From the sequence record MZ477002.1: a stretch of DNA of 64,000 bases; one strand, 5' to 3'. This stretch comes from Acinetobacter phage Phab24. This document shows, piece after piece, positions 8,762-18,407 of this stretch (position 1 is the first letter of the stretch; the number at the start of each line of letters is the position of its first letter). The notes beneath the pieces are model-generated. The model saw nothing but the letters and a program-made list of their open reading frames with translations. It was not told the DNA's origin and searched no databases. The position numbers and the translations under genes are program-made.

Positions 8762-9004
8762 TTATATAAAACTAATCAAACTAAATAGTAAAATTAACCA
8801 TATAGTACACACAAACAAGGTAAAACTAACTACAATTACACCAATACTTTCTACGATATTAGGTGGTCTATAGTCCCATAGAAGGTTAACACCAATAAAA
8901 CATAAAGATAAAATACAACAAACCACGACAAATGCTGTAAATGCTCCAAACAATTCCACAATAATCTCCATAATTACTAGTTTAAGAAGAGGGAGGGGTG
9001 CCAT
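8762..9004 (-). CDS. small multi-pass membrane protein
   Basis: Three hydrophobic segments. The start is uncertain (ATG at 9004 or 8968) and no clear SD was found. Confidence 0.35.
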   Translation of the reverse strand: MAPLPLLKLVIMEIIVELFGAFTAFVVVCCILSLCFIGVNLLWDYRPPNIVESIGVIVVSFTLFVCTIWLILLFSLISFI

Positions 9005-9042
9005 CAAAAAGTAACGGCATTTTGTTTTACAAATCAAGAATA

Positions 9043-9603
9043 TCATATACTGCACGATTCAATCATTGCAGTTGCAACCCTATCATCTAGTCTGTGTTGG
9101 TACTTCTCAATCAATTGATTAACATACACTAATCTTTCAACCAAATAAACTTGATGAGCTTCCTCAACACTATCAAAATAACCTAAATGAATATGTTTTC
9201 CAAATTTACTAATAGCAGACTTAAACTTCTTCTTTCTTTTTTCTTTAAATACACCTTCGGGAAGGTCATGTTTAAAACTTCGTCTAAACATATTATTTAT
9301 TTCAGCAGGTACAAAAACACAAACATCTTCTGAATAAATAGTTCCATCACCAACAATGTCTTTATCAATAGCCCATAACCTACCACAAGGTTCTAAATTT
9401 AAGAAACCTTTTTGTTGTTTAGCCCAATCTAAATACCAATCGTAATTCTTAAAGTTATCACTAACACTTACACCATCGTAATGTTTATCACTTTTAACAC
9501 GGTTAATCATCCCTGTCCACTGAGTATATTCTTTTCTTATAACTTTAACACCATCTACAACTTCACTAATTGGATTTTTCCATCTATTCCACTTACCGCC
9601 CAT
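9043..9603 (-). CDS. HNH-like homing endonuclease with C-terminal AP2 DNA-binding domain
   Basis: WAIDKDIVGDGTIYSEDVCVFVPAEIN motif shared with 21929..22510 and 41098..41850. C-terminal GVFKEK...HLGYFDSVEEAHQVY is AP2-like. Confidence 0.7.
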   Translation of the reverse strand: MGGKWNRWKNPISEVVDGVKVIRKEYTQWTGMINRVKSDKHYDGVSVSDNFKNYDWYLDWAKQQKGFLNLEPCGRLWAIDKDIVGDGTIYSEDVCVFVPAEINNMFRRSFKHDLPEGVFKEKRKKKFKSAISKFGKHIHLGYFDSVEEAHQVYLVERLVYVNQLIEKYQHRLDDRVATAMIESCSI

Positions 9604-10470
9604 TTTAACTCCTCATATAAAATAACACTTATCCATTATAACATATATTGTTCGCTAAGAACAATGGATATTCACATAAGTTCATATACAAATACACATA
9701 AGATTAAAAGCAAAAGCATCTACGCTATCGCTAGATAGACACAGAAAAGCAAAAAGAAAAAGCAAAAACTATATTGTTGGTGACAACAATGGATAAACAC
9801 TATAGTCATATATAAGTACACATACAGTTATTCGTAGAATAAAGCAATAGCTATAGATTAAGAAAACAACAGATAATTGTAATTGTAAATTACATAGTAA
9901 CCCTAATTAATAACGATTAGTTATTAGTAGAATTACAAAATATAACAAATTTTATTTGTTGACATATATTCTTGTAAGGTGATTAACATTCTCATTCCAT
10001 TCCAATGTAATCCCCATTCCAAGTTATCACTCTTTTTAACTATGTTCTTTTGTTGTGTAAATTCTTTACACCTATTGGTTTTACTATGTTCTAACGAACA
10101 TTAGTGCATTGTTGTTATACATATGATGTTATATATTTATATATGATCTTAACGATCATGATGTTAGTGATATGCATATGTTGTACACCACAACATAATA
10201 ACATTTATATTACATTGTCTCTTATTCTTCTATATTGTTGTTTTATGTGTATTTAACACTAGCAACCAATACAATAGTTATAGTAAGGATTTATTCACTG
10301 TAATATATTAGTTACACAAAACATACAATTAAGAGTAGAGAATATAACCATAACCTTACTATCTCAAATCAATACAAACAGTAGGAATACTAACAATTAT
10401 ACTATAAATATACTGCTACTATTTTTATGAGAATTTACCTATATAATATAGGGATTTTTCCCAAATTTAG

Positions 10471-10499
10471 TTGCATTTACTACAAAAACGTGTTATAGT
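10471..10499 (+). promoter_or_regulatory. sigma70 promoter TTGCAT-17-(TGt)TATAGT
   Basis: Consensus spacing and an extended -10, immediately upstream of the 10517 ORF. Confidence 0.55.
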
Positions 10500-10516
10500 C
10501 CACTTACTGATTAGTT

Positions 10517-12400
10517 TTGCAGGTGGTTATTACAGTGTTAGAAAAAGAGGAATTATCAAGTAAACTTGTTGTTAATACAGGTGGTGTTGTTGCTGAAAGT
10601 GTTTTAAATATTAAAGCACCTTACAGTAGACTTAGTGATGTAATGGATGATTTACCTGATAATGTTTATTTAAACAAGACAACTACAGGTTGTGGTGCTA
10701 CTCACCTATGTCTTACCAACAGTGTAAATTATGTTGTATTAGTACCATACATTTCACTAATTAACAATAAAAAGAAAGATAAGAGTATTAAGAACCTATT
10801 CCCTGTCTTCGGTAATGTTTCCGTAGAGCAGATTGTTTGTTATTTAAATGAAAATCACAATGGTGTGTCTAAGATTATATCAACGTATGATAGTTTTCAT
10901 AAAGTAGTTAGAGCGCTAGATATAGTTGACCGTATTAAAGAATTTAAAGTATGTCTTGATGAAGCACATTCACTGATATCCTTGTCAAAAATTAAAGGTA
11001 AAGTGTTTAACTATTTCTATAATCATTTTAGGAGATTTAAGAGTTTTGTTTTTGTTACTGCTACTCCTAACGATGCTGACTTATTGCCTAGTAATTTAAG
11101 TGACGTTCCGTTTGTTAGAGTTGTTTGGGAGAACTCTGTGTTAGTTAATATTAAGGAAAAACACACAGAAACATTAGCGGATTGCAACAAGTTAGTGGTT
11201 GAAGTTTGCAAACAGCATCTACTTGGTGAAGTGGATGGTAATGCTTATATATTCTATAATAGCGTACAAGAGATCGTTAGTGTCATTAAAAAGTTAAAGA
11301 AGCTCGATGGTTTTTCTGCTGAGAATGTTAACATCTTTTGTGCGTCAACAGATAGAAATAATCACAAGATTGCAAATCAGTTAGGTGTTAGATTTCTAAA
11401 AGGTGAACTTGAAGACAATAAAAAGATCAACTTCCTAACCTCTACTACATATGAGGGTTGTGATATCAACGATCCTAATGGGAGAACTTACATCGTTGTT
11501 TCATCTAAGCGGGATAGCACAGCTCTAACAAACCACATTCTTGTTCCTCAGATTTGTGGGAGGTTACGTAACAGTAAATATAAGAAGGAAGCTGTAATGT
11601 TTGTTTGTGGTTTTAATAATGACATTTACACTCAAGGTAAGAGTCATTTCTTAAAGAAGCTAGAGGAAATGAAAGCTAAGGCTATTTACGACATACAAAG
11701 AGCAATAAAAGCCAAAGAAGATGGTTATGAAGATTTATTTAAAGAGGATATGGAGAGGTTTGCATCATCTCCTTTTATTACTGAGGATGAACAAGGACTA
11801 CCTGTGTTAAATGAGGATGCAACAAAGCTTGAGGAGCAAACATATAGAGCGTTCAATCAGCACTGCATTACTGTTGAAAGTGGGTATGAGGTTGCTAACA
11901 CAGTTAGAACGTATGATCAAGATATGTTTAGTATGAGTGATCTAACGAAACTGTTGATTGATAAAAAGGTTGATTATAGCAGATTAATGAAGCAGTACAT
12001 TAAAGCTTTAAGTCTTAATGATACAGAAACTATAAAAACAATTGAGGATTATAGTGAAGAACACAAAAGACACGTAAATGTTCTTGGTGTAGATAAGATT
12101 AAGTCCATCGGAATCAATAAGACAAAAATCTCCAATGCTTATCAATTACAATTGAAGTTTAATGAAAATAACTTCAAAATTAAAAGTCAATTGTCAGGAA
12201 TAAAGATCGGGGAAAGGTACACTTTATTAGAGGTCACAGATTTGTTGCAGAAAGCTTACAGTAATCTTAATATTCCAAAGAAAGCAAAGAGTACAGACAT
12301 TAAGAACTTCTTTTCCGTTAAAGATGTTTTCTTAACAAGAAATAACAAACGAAGCAAAGGTTATTTGATACTAGACGACCTTTATAAAGAAATTGTGTAA
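10517..12400 (+). CDS. SF2 (DEAH-box) helicase-like protein with degenerate Walker A
   Basis: Motif I is TTTGCGAT (no Lys). Motif II is LDEAH, III is VTATP and VI is QICGRLRN. The TTG start at 10517 sits only about 11 nt from the predicted TSS, so the true start may be downstream (first ATG is MDDLPD at about 10643). Confidence 0.65.
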   Translation: MQVVITVLEKEELSSKLVVNTGGVVAESVLNIKAPYSRLSDVMDDLPDNVYLNKTTTGCGATHLCLTNSVNYVVLVPYISLINNKKKDKSIKNLFPVFGNVSVEQIVCYLNENHNGVSKIISTYDSFHKVVRALDIVDRIKEFKVCLDEAHSLISLSKIKGKVFNYFYNHFRRFKSFVFVTATPNDADLLPSNLSDVPFVRVVWENSVLVNIKEKHTETLADCNKLVVEVCKQHLLGEVDGNAYIFYNSVQEIVSVIKKLKKLDGFSAENVNIFCASTDRNNHKIANQLGVRFLKGELEDNKKINFLTSTTYEGCDINDPNGRTYIVVSSKRDSTALTNHILVPQICGRLRNSKYKKEAVMFVCGFNNDIYTQGKSHFLKKLEEMKAKAIYDIQRAIKAKEDGYEDLFKEDMERFASSPFITEDEQGLPVLNEDATKLEEQTYRAFNQHCITVESGYEVANTVRTYDQDMFSMSDLTKLLIDKKVDYSRLMKQYIKALSLNDTETIKTIEDYSEEHKRHVNVLGVDKIKSIGINKTKISNAYQLQLKFNENNFKIKSQLSGIKIGERYTLLEVTDLLQKAYSNLNIPKKAKSTDIKNFFSVKDVFLTRNNKRSKGYLILDDLYKEIV

Positions 12401-12424
12401 ATATAAACAGAGGAGTAGTTAAAG

Positions 12425-13195
12425 ATGAATAAAGAAGTCTATATTGTTTACGGAGTAAATGACGAAGTTCTGTATGTCGGAAAAGGTGCTTCTGGTCGAA
12501 GTACACATGCTACGAGTGGTGTTAGTCACAACAGAGAGTTAAATAAATACCTCATCGAGAAAGGTAAGGATAATATGTTTGTAAAAATATTACATAATAA
12601 CTTACGTGATTTCGATGCGACATATATTGAAAAGCTACTAATACAAAAACTCCAACCGAAGTTCAACAAAACTCTAAAAGAGAACACATACCTTAAACAC
12701 AATCTTTTTAATGGTAGTGTGTACAAGGATAAGTTAAGAGAAGAGGTTAGTATTCAATACTCACAATTCAAAACCGTTAGTGATAAGGTAATGAATTTAG
12801 TTAAGAATAAATTACCTCATGACTACGAATTTATCATGAAGTATGGTTTTGACCTTTATGAAAGCCTTCCTGATAAGTGTTATTGTCGGTCTCTTTTGCT
12901 TTCAAACCTTCGTATTAATATTCACCTTCAAAATGTAGAGTGTTTTCATAAAGAGTTAGGTATCAAAGTACACGATATTCTACCCGATAACTTTTTATCT
13001 GAGGGTGTGTTGAGTTACTTTGAAAAATGGTATATACCATTTAAGTTTTATCACGTAGATAGAATCGTAAAAAGCTCATTTGTAATAGATAACTCGACAG
13101 GCGTAAATATCGTTTTAAAACGGAAGTTTGATTGCACTGAATCAGCTAAAGATTTTATGAAGAGTCCTGATTTAATAAGTGTGATGCAAGAATGA
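12425..13195 (+). CDS. GIY-YIG homing endonuclease
   Basis: YIVYGVNDEVLYVGKG (GIY-x10-YVG) followed by conserved R, H, E and N positions. GAGGAG RBS. Confidence 0.85.
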   Translation: MNKEVYIVYGVNDEVLYVGKGASGRSTHATSGVSHNRELNKYLIEKGKDNMFVKILHNNLRDFDATYIEKLLIQKLQPKFNKTLKENTYLKHNLFNGSVYKDKLREEVSIQYSQFKTVSDKVMNLVKNKLPHDYEFIMKYGFDLYESLPDKCYCRSLLLSNLRINIHLQNVECFHKELGIKVHDILPDNFLSEGVLSYFEKWYIPFKFYHVDRIVKSSFVIDNSTGVNIVLKRKFDCTESAKDFMKSPDLISVMQE

Positions 13196-13395
13196 AGTTA
13201 CTTCTAAATTGGTTGCATGACTTACCTCTAGATAATGAGGACTACACACATTTTTCTGACTACTTAAATAAGTGTAAAAACACTTAACATATATTGAATA
13301 ACACCCCTTGCACACTTCAATAATTATTGATATATTGTGTTCATGCAAACGCAAATGTGCGAGGGACACCCTCAAATTACAATAGGAGAAATAAA

Positions 13396-13647
13396 ATGTT
13401 TGACAGATATGTAAGTATGTGCGAATGGTGTTCAAAACCTTTCTCATCAGTCTATAAAGATGAAGTTATTTGTCACGATTGTGATAGTTTGTTGATTGAT
13501 ATGGAACACCCAATCTACACAACCCCTGAGTCTCAAGAGTTGCTTACGAATGGGTACTCACCAAGTGATATTCAAAAACTTATAGAAAAAGACATGACCT
13601 ATATTGACGCTTATGCTACACTAAGAAAAGAGTGTGATAACGTGTGA
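13396..13647 (+). CDS. zinc-ribbon small protein (83 aa)
   Basis: CEWC...CHDC. Preceded by a stem-loop plus TAGGAGAAATAAAATG module. Confidence 0.5.
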   Translation: MFDRYVSMCEWCSKPFSSVYKDEVICHDCDSLLIDMEHPIYTTPESQELLTNGYSPSDIQKLIEKDMTYIDAYATLRKECDNV

Positions 13648-13702
13648 GGGGAATACCTCGAATTATATTAGGAATGTACCTTTCGGTACTAGGAGAAACA
13701 AG

Positions 13703-13879
13703 ATGAAATTCACAGATAAACGTAATAGAGTATGGGAAGTATTTATTGATCGTTCGTACTTTGATTGCATTTGTGTACGATTGGTGACTGATAAGGATTT
13801 TAATTCTAACACCTCATTCCACTTTACAACACAAAAACAAGCTGATAAATTTATTGAAAGTGTTAAAGAAAGTTTTTAA
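13703..13879 (+). CDS. hypothetical small protein (58 aa)
   Basis: Preceded by a stem-loop plus TAGGAGAAACAAGATG module. Confidence 0.45.
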   Translation: MKFTDKRNRVWEVFIDRSYFDCICVRLVTDKDFNSNTSFHFTTQKQADKFIESVKESF

Positions 13880-13913
13880 TTACATTGCGCCTGTTAGTAT
13901 TAGGAGAAACAAA

Positions 13914-14204
13914 ATGAAAGAGTATAATGACGTTATCGCCAATGAACTCGGTATTACAAAAGAAGATATCACATATCACAAAAAACAATTCAATATTCTT
14001 GGAGCGTTATATGTATTAAAACATCCTTATATGGTTGAAACACTTCAAAACAATCCAGAAATGTTAGAAGAAGGTGATTGTTGGTTCTGTGACTCTCATA
14101 GTGATGAAAATTATATGTGCGTTGGAAGTAGAACAGGTAAGGATATTTATTCTGTCTGTAAACATTGTTATATTATACATAATTTTATTAACTTCAACCT
14201 GTAG
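13914..14204 (+). CDS. Cys-rich small protein (96 aa)
   Basis: CWFCDSH...CVGS...CKHC. Preceded by TAGGAGAAACAAAATG. Confidence 0.5.
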   Translation: MKEYNDVIANELGITKEDITYHKKQFNILGALYVLKHPYMVETLQNNPEMLEEGDCWFCDSHSDENYMCVGSRTGKDIYSVCKHCYIIHNFINFNL

Positions 14205-14215
14205 CAGAGAATGAA

Positions 14216-14776
14216 ATGAAAGAGTATTTAGTCAAAAACATGTATGGTGATTATGTACTAACAGACCATCATTCAGGATTTAGTGTCGAAGATTTCATCG
14301 AAGTTCCAGAAGGAGCTGAGATTCTTTATTTTGATAAACGATACAAACCATCAAATCATTTCTTTAAAACAGTAGGTGGAAACTCTTACTACAAATATTT
14401 AGATAGTGGTTCTAAATGGATGAAATACGATGATGTTGAGCTAAATGAATTTAAAGATAACATTGAAAATTTTCGAGTTGTGTGGCAACGAAATGTTACA
14501 ACACTTGATGGTAATAACACATCAACCAAGGAGAAACTCAAATTTATTGAGAAGTGGTTGAATGGTGAGAAGATTCAATTTATATTGGGTGAGGAAACAG
14601 ATAAATCTCAGTGGTATAACCTTACTGAAGGTGCTATGCAATACATTAAACGTTCTGATATTAAGTTTCGTGAAGCTCCTAAATATGTAACAATTAACGG
14701 TGTTGAGTTTAAGAGCGTTGAGAGCTTATTGAAGTATGTTAAGAACAGCTTTGATTTGGAAGATAGTGACTACTGA
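14216..14776 (+). CDS. hypothetical protein (186 aa)
   Basis: ORF track. Confidence 0.6.
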   Translation: MKEYLVKNMYGDYVLTDHHSGFSVEDFIEVPEGAEILYFDKRYKPSNHFFKTVGGNSYYKYLDSGSKWMKYDDVELNEFKDNIENFRVVWQRNVTTLDGNNTSTKEKLKFIEKWLNGEKIQFILGEETDKSQWYNLTEGAMQYIKRSDIKFREAPKYVTINGVEFKSVESLLKYVKNSFDLEDSDY

Positions 14777-14837
14777 TCAAGGTTGGTACGATTATTTGAA
14801 GATGATTGTTAAACATTTGGAAGAATAATATTTTATA

Positions 14838-14870
14838 AAGAGGTCGCATTTATTGTTGACCTCTTTTTTA
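14838..14870 (+). terminator. rho-independent terminator
   Basis: AAGAGGTC...GACCTCTT stem followed by T6. Confidence 0.65.
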
Positions 14871-14910
14871 TTGTCTGATATATTTGTTTTACATTAACAG
14901 GAGATTCAAT

Positions 14911-15351
14911 ATGAAAATTACTGAACAAGACACACTAGCGATTAAGCAAGTATTCAAAGATTTTGATAAATTTATCAAAGATGGGACAAGCCAACTCGGT
15001 TACTTTTCAAAAACGTTTGGTCTTTGTCATAATTTGTTCGATTTAATTGAAGATAATATAACTAATAAAGATGTGCGTGGAAAAACAGAAGACATATCAA
15101 AGTCTTTATTTAGGTCTTGGGAGCATTTCAGTGGTTGTGATTCTTACCCTGTACCGTTCCGTGAAGATCAAGAACAGTGTATGCTGATTCATAAAATAGT
15201 TAACATGAGATATCGCACTGTAACTCCTCACGATGTAGCCTATACTTATTCTAGTAACTTATACGACAAGGCTACTGATTATGGTCGATTACGTCTTGAC
15301 TTATATCAACATATTAAAGATATTATCTTTGATGTAATTAATGAGTTGTGA
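14911..15351 (+). CDS. hypothetical protein (146 aa)
   Basis: ATG at 14911 after AGGAGA. Confidence 0.55.
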   Translation: MKITEQDTLAIKQVFKDFDKFIKDGTSQLGYFSKTFGLCHNLFDLIEDNITNKDVRGKTEDISKSLFRSWEHFSGCDSYPVPFREDQEQCMLIHKIVNMRYRTVTPHDVAYTYSSNLYDKATDYGRLRLDLYQHIKDIIFDVINEL

Positions 15352-15532
15352 GGTTGTTATGGATAAGCTGAAAGAAGATTACGCTTTATCATATGGAATG
15401 TGTATAGTAGTGTTTTCAATTGTAGGAATCATTGGTTTAATTATATTTTCAATATATGTCAAAATTACAGGAAACTATCCAGTTGACCCTATTTTATTGA
15501 AACAACATATATTATCAGTATTTAGAAAATAG
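15341..15532 (+). CDS. small membrane protein (63 aa)
   Basis: One TM helix. Confidence 0.45.
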   Translation: MSCEVVMDKLKEDYALSYGMCIVVFSIVGIIGLIIFSIYVKITGNYPVDPILLKQHILSVFRK

Positions 15533-15545
15533 TTGAGGTTGAATT

Positions 15546-15782
15546 ATGAAACATTATAAAACTGTAAATATGATTGTGTATCCAACTCAAGATGAGATTA
15601 CAAGAGTTGAGTATGGTGGTTATGTGATTCAAATATATCCGACAAATATATTACCACAAAATGAAATGTGCCACGCTATCATTGGTAACGAAAATGGTAA
15701 TGATGTGATAATTGAAATGGATTGTTTGTTAAAATGTATTAAACGTATTGATGGTTGGAATAAAAGAGGTGTTAAGAAGTGA
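15546..15782 (+). CDS. hypothetical protein (78 aa)
   Basis: GAGG RBS. Confidence 0.5.
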   Translation: MKHYKTVNMIVYPTQDEITRVEYGGYVIQIYPTNILPQNEMCHAIIGNENGNDVIIEMDCLLKCIKRIDGWNKRGVKK

Positions 15783-15901
15783 GTATTTTAGACTGCTTAA
15801 TTGTTGCATTTTTATTGTTTCTACCAATAATTTTACATTTAATTTTTGTTGTTCGAGTAGAAGCAAAAGAAGAACGTGTTAATAAGGGTGTTGAGAAATG
15901 A
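15779..15901 (+). CDS. small membrane protein (40 aa, GTG start)
   Basis: Not in the ORF track. GTGA overlap at its 5' end and ATGA overlap at its 3' end. LIVAFLLFLPIILHLIFVV is a TM helix. Confidence 0.35.
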   Translation: MSILDCLIVAFLLFLPIILHLIFVVRVEAKEERVNKGVEK

Positions 15902-16191
15902 ATAGATTGCAAGCTGGTGGTTTGGCTTTATTATTAAAGACAAATAACCCGAATAATTTAATGAAGACTGTCAAGTTGATTCGATTCATAGGACAAGACG
16001 ACTCCTATTTTCATGGAGTCAGAAGTGATTATTGGGAAGTTTATGGTTCGGATTGTGAAATTTACAATCCTTATAATATGCGTGTAATCCAACCAGCAGA
16101 ATACCTATTACCTTTAGGTGATGAAGAAGGTCGTAAATTATACAAACTTGAAGAAGAAAAGTCGGAGAGTAAAAATGTTACAACGTCATAA
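15898..16191 (+). CDS. hypothetical protein (97 aa)
   Basis: ORF track. Confidence 0.5.
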   Translation: MNRLQAGGLALLLKTNNPNNLMKTVKLIRFIGQDDSYFHGVRSDYWEVYGSDCEIYNPYNMRVIQPAEYLLPLGDEEGRKLYKLEEEKSESKNVTTS

Positions 16192-16218
16192 TGTGTTAAA
16201 TTTACAAAAGGAAAATAA

Positions 16219-16758
16219 ATGAGTATATTAGAAAGAAATGATCCGAATGACGCAACACACTATTTCCCTGAAGGAACATCGGTTACTAAGTATTTGAAAA
16301 TTGATGATACTATGTATTTTTTTCTATCAAGTGATAATGAATGGCGTATATCATTAAATAGTAACGAATGGTTTGCTAAAAATTTAATTGAATTACCTAA
16401 AAAACAGGAAAGTGAGATGAAAAAAGATTATGCTAATGGTGAGATTATTGATGCTGTTGATGTACCGCGACTTATTAAAGCAGGCAAAAAGATTCAGTAT
16501 CGATATAAAACAGATGACAACACACGAGCTTGGAGTGACATTTATCTTATTACTGATGAAGAAGATTTCACATTAGGTGATTTAATTAATTCCAGATATG
16601 AGTGGAGAATTAAACCTGAGACTGCTGATATTAATCTTTTAAAACCTAAAAGTATAAAGGTTGATCCAGTTACAGGTGCAGTTGGTTTATTTTATGGCGA
16701 TAATGAGGTTGCAAGAGAAGTAGCTGCTTATTTAGCATCACAATTCTATGAGTTCTAA
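16219..16758 (+). CDS. hypothetical protein (179 aa)
   Basis: ORF track. Confidence 0.6.
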   Translation: MSILERNDPNDATHYFPEGTSVTKYLKIDDTMYFFLSSDNEWRISLNSNEWFAKNLIELPKKQESEMKKDYANGEIIDAVDVPRLIKAGKKIQYRYKTDDNTRAWSDIYLITDEEDFTLGDLINSRYEWRIKPETADINLLKPKSIKVDPVTGAVGLFYGDNEVAREVAAYLASQFYEF

Positions 16759-16821
16759 TATAAATATCCTCTTAACAGACTTGACATAAACGTTGAGTCT
16801 GTTTTATTATGTATATATAAA

Positions 16822-17049
16822 TTGATTTGGAGGTTAATTAATGTGGCTAAGATTGTTAAAGTATTTTCACAAAATACAGGGTTTGATGTTGAATATGAAA
16901 TTGATAAATATATTAAACGCACGAAGCACATTCCACTACAAGTTTCTTCAAGTGTGGCATTATGTATGACAGATAATTATATGCAAGAACCAATTGAGCG
17001 ACACACTGTGACGATCATTTTTGAGACTGATATTAGTCAAGGAGATTAA
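16822..17049 (+). CDS. hypothetical protein (start 16822 or GTG 16843)
   Basis: GGAGG sits 7 nt upstream of the GTG at 16843. Confidence 0.4.
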   Translation: MIWRLINVAKIVKVFSQNTGFDVEYEIDKYIKRTKHIPLQVSSSVALCMTDNYMQEPIERHTVTIIFETDISQGD

Positions 17050-17051
17050 AT

Positions 17052-17225
17052 ATGAGTAATGATATCTGTGTATACGTTCGCCAAAGTTACAGCAACACAT
17101 TAGTTTTCTACACTTGTAGTCAAGCTACTGTAGAATTGTTTGGTGGTATTGATAAAGTACCGTTATATGTTTGTGGCTTTTATATTAGTGTAGATCATTT
17201 ACAAAACTTTGAAGTGTTCGAGTAA
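17052..17225 (+). CDS. hypothetical small protein (57 aa)
   Basis: Not in the ORF track. ATG lies 3 nt after the upstream stop, preceded by GGAGA. Confidence 0.4.
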   Translation: MSNDICVYVRQSYSNTLVFYTCSQATVELFGGIDKVPLYVCGFYISVDHLQNFEVFE

Positions 17226-17242
17226 AAAGGAGGGTATTACTG

Positions 17243-17851
17243 ATGATTTTTGATGAGGTATTTGAATTAATGACTGGTCATATTGATCCAGAAACATTAA
17301 CTAAATCATTAGCTGATGTACATTTAAAAGGTGTGTTTAGTTTAGTTGTTGGTGGAACAGAGAATGGTAATTTAACTCGTATCTTTATTGCTAATAAAAA
17401 GATTAAACCTTTTGATATTCAGTTTCACTCACATCGTTATGATTTAACTATTGGTGTTGTTCATGGTTGTTTTGAACATCATGTTGCACTTGAAGAAACT
17501 GATCAGTCTTACTATAACGCTGAGTCAGTTCGTTTAAAAACATATGTGTATCGAGCTCCTTTAAACGGAGGTAACGGTTTAGTAAGAACAGGTATAAGTA
17601 ATTGGAGACTGGAATCTACACAATTACCAGTAGGTTCTGAAATATTTTTACCAAGTGATCTTGTTCATTCCGTATCATGCTCAAAAGGTACAATATGGAT
17701 TGTGAAGGAACATGGTTTTGTTGAAGAAAGTAGTGTTGTTTTAGGTAATTCTTTTATTACTGAAGGTTTATACAATCAACCACAACAATATCAAGTGAAT
17801 GATAATTTTCAATTAGTTTTGGAAAAGTTAAAGAAATTAGTTGACAACTAA
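17243..17851 (+). CDS. His-rich cupin-like protein (202 aa)
   Basis: AAGGAGGG RBS. HSHRYDLTIGVVHG and HSVSCSKGTIWIVKEHG segments suggest a metal-binding beta-barrel. This assignment is inferred. Confidence 0.55.
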   Translation: MIFDEVFELMTGHIDPETLTKSLADVHLKGVFSLVVGGTENGNLTRIFIANKKIKPFDIQFHSHRYDLTIGVVHGCFEHHVALEETDQSYYNAESVRLKTYVYRAPLNGGNGLVRTGISNWRLESTQLPVGSEIFLPSDLVHSVSCSKGTIWIVKEHGFVEESSVVLGNSFITEGLYNQPQQYQVNDNFQLVLEKLKKLVDN

Positions 17852-17863
17852 ATATATTAATGA

Positions 17864-17897
17864 GATGATTATCCCAAGTTGATAGTCATCTTTTTTA
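17864..17897 (+). terminator. rho-independent terminator
   Basis: GATGATTATC...GATAGTCATC stem followed by T6. Confidence 0.5.
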
Positions 17898-17910
17898 TTG
17901 GAGATTTAAA

Positions 17911-18081
17911 ATGTGGATTTTAATTATTTTAACTAATATTTATAGTCAAGGTGTGACAGGAGCTATGACCTCTCCAAACATCACAACAGTTGAGATTTCC
18001 TCAAGAGAACGTTGTATTAAAGCTGCTGAATTTACCAAGAAACAACCCAACATTAGTAACGCTTTTTGTGTTCAAAAGTAG
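17911..18081 (+). CDS. small secreted or membrane protein (56 aa)
   Basis: Not in the ORF track. GGAG RBS. Hydrophobic N-terminus. Confidence 0.4.
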   Translation: MWILIILTNIYSQGVTGAMTSPNITTVEISSRERCIKAAEFTKKQPNISNAFCVQK

Positions 18082-18089
18082 GTGATATT

Positions 18090-18293
18090 ATGTGTAATGA
18101 CAAAATGCTTCATCAAATGTGTTACCACGAGAAAAGTAAAACATGGTTTCGTGTCACTAAACATGGGGAATATTTAACGCATGTTCAAAAGATAAAGCTT
18201 GGTTTGTTTGATGAAACAGAAATATTACCAGTTCATGCTTTATTACACACTAAAGATTTGAAATTTTATCCGTGGAAGGTCGGAGGTAATTAA
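18090..18293 (+). CDS. hypothetical protein (67 aa)
   Basis: ATG at 18090 after AGGTGA. Confidence 0.45.
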   Translation: MCNDKMLHQMCYHEKSKTWFRVTKHGEYLTHVQKIKLGLFDETEILPVHALLHTKDLKFYPWKVGGN

Positions 18294-18407
18294 TGGGTTT
18301 ATATGATAGACAAATTGAATCACTTGAACTTTTGATTCATAACTGGTATGATATTAAAAGTAGAGAAGATTTTTTAGTTGGTTATGATGAAATTGGAGAT
18401 TTTAATG

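Noticed and set aside
8980-9040. Plus-strand gene suggested by the strong SD-like GAAGAGGGAGGGG at 8986..8998
   Set aside because: The only start (GTG) is 1 nt from the SD. The sequence is the complement of the Pro/Leu-rich N-terminus of the minus-strand membrane ORF, so it is probably coincidental.
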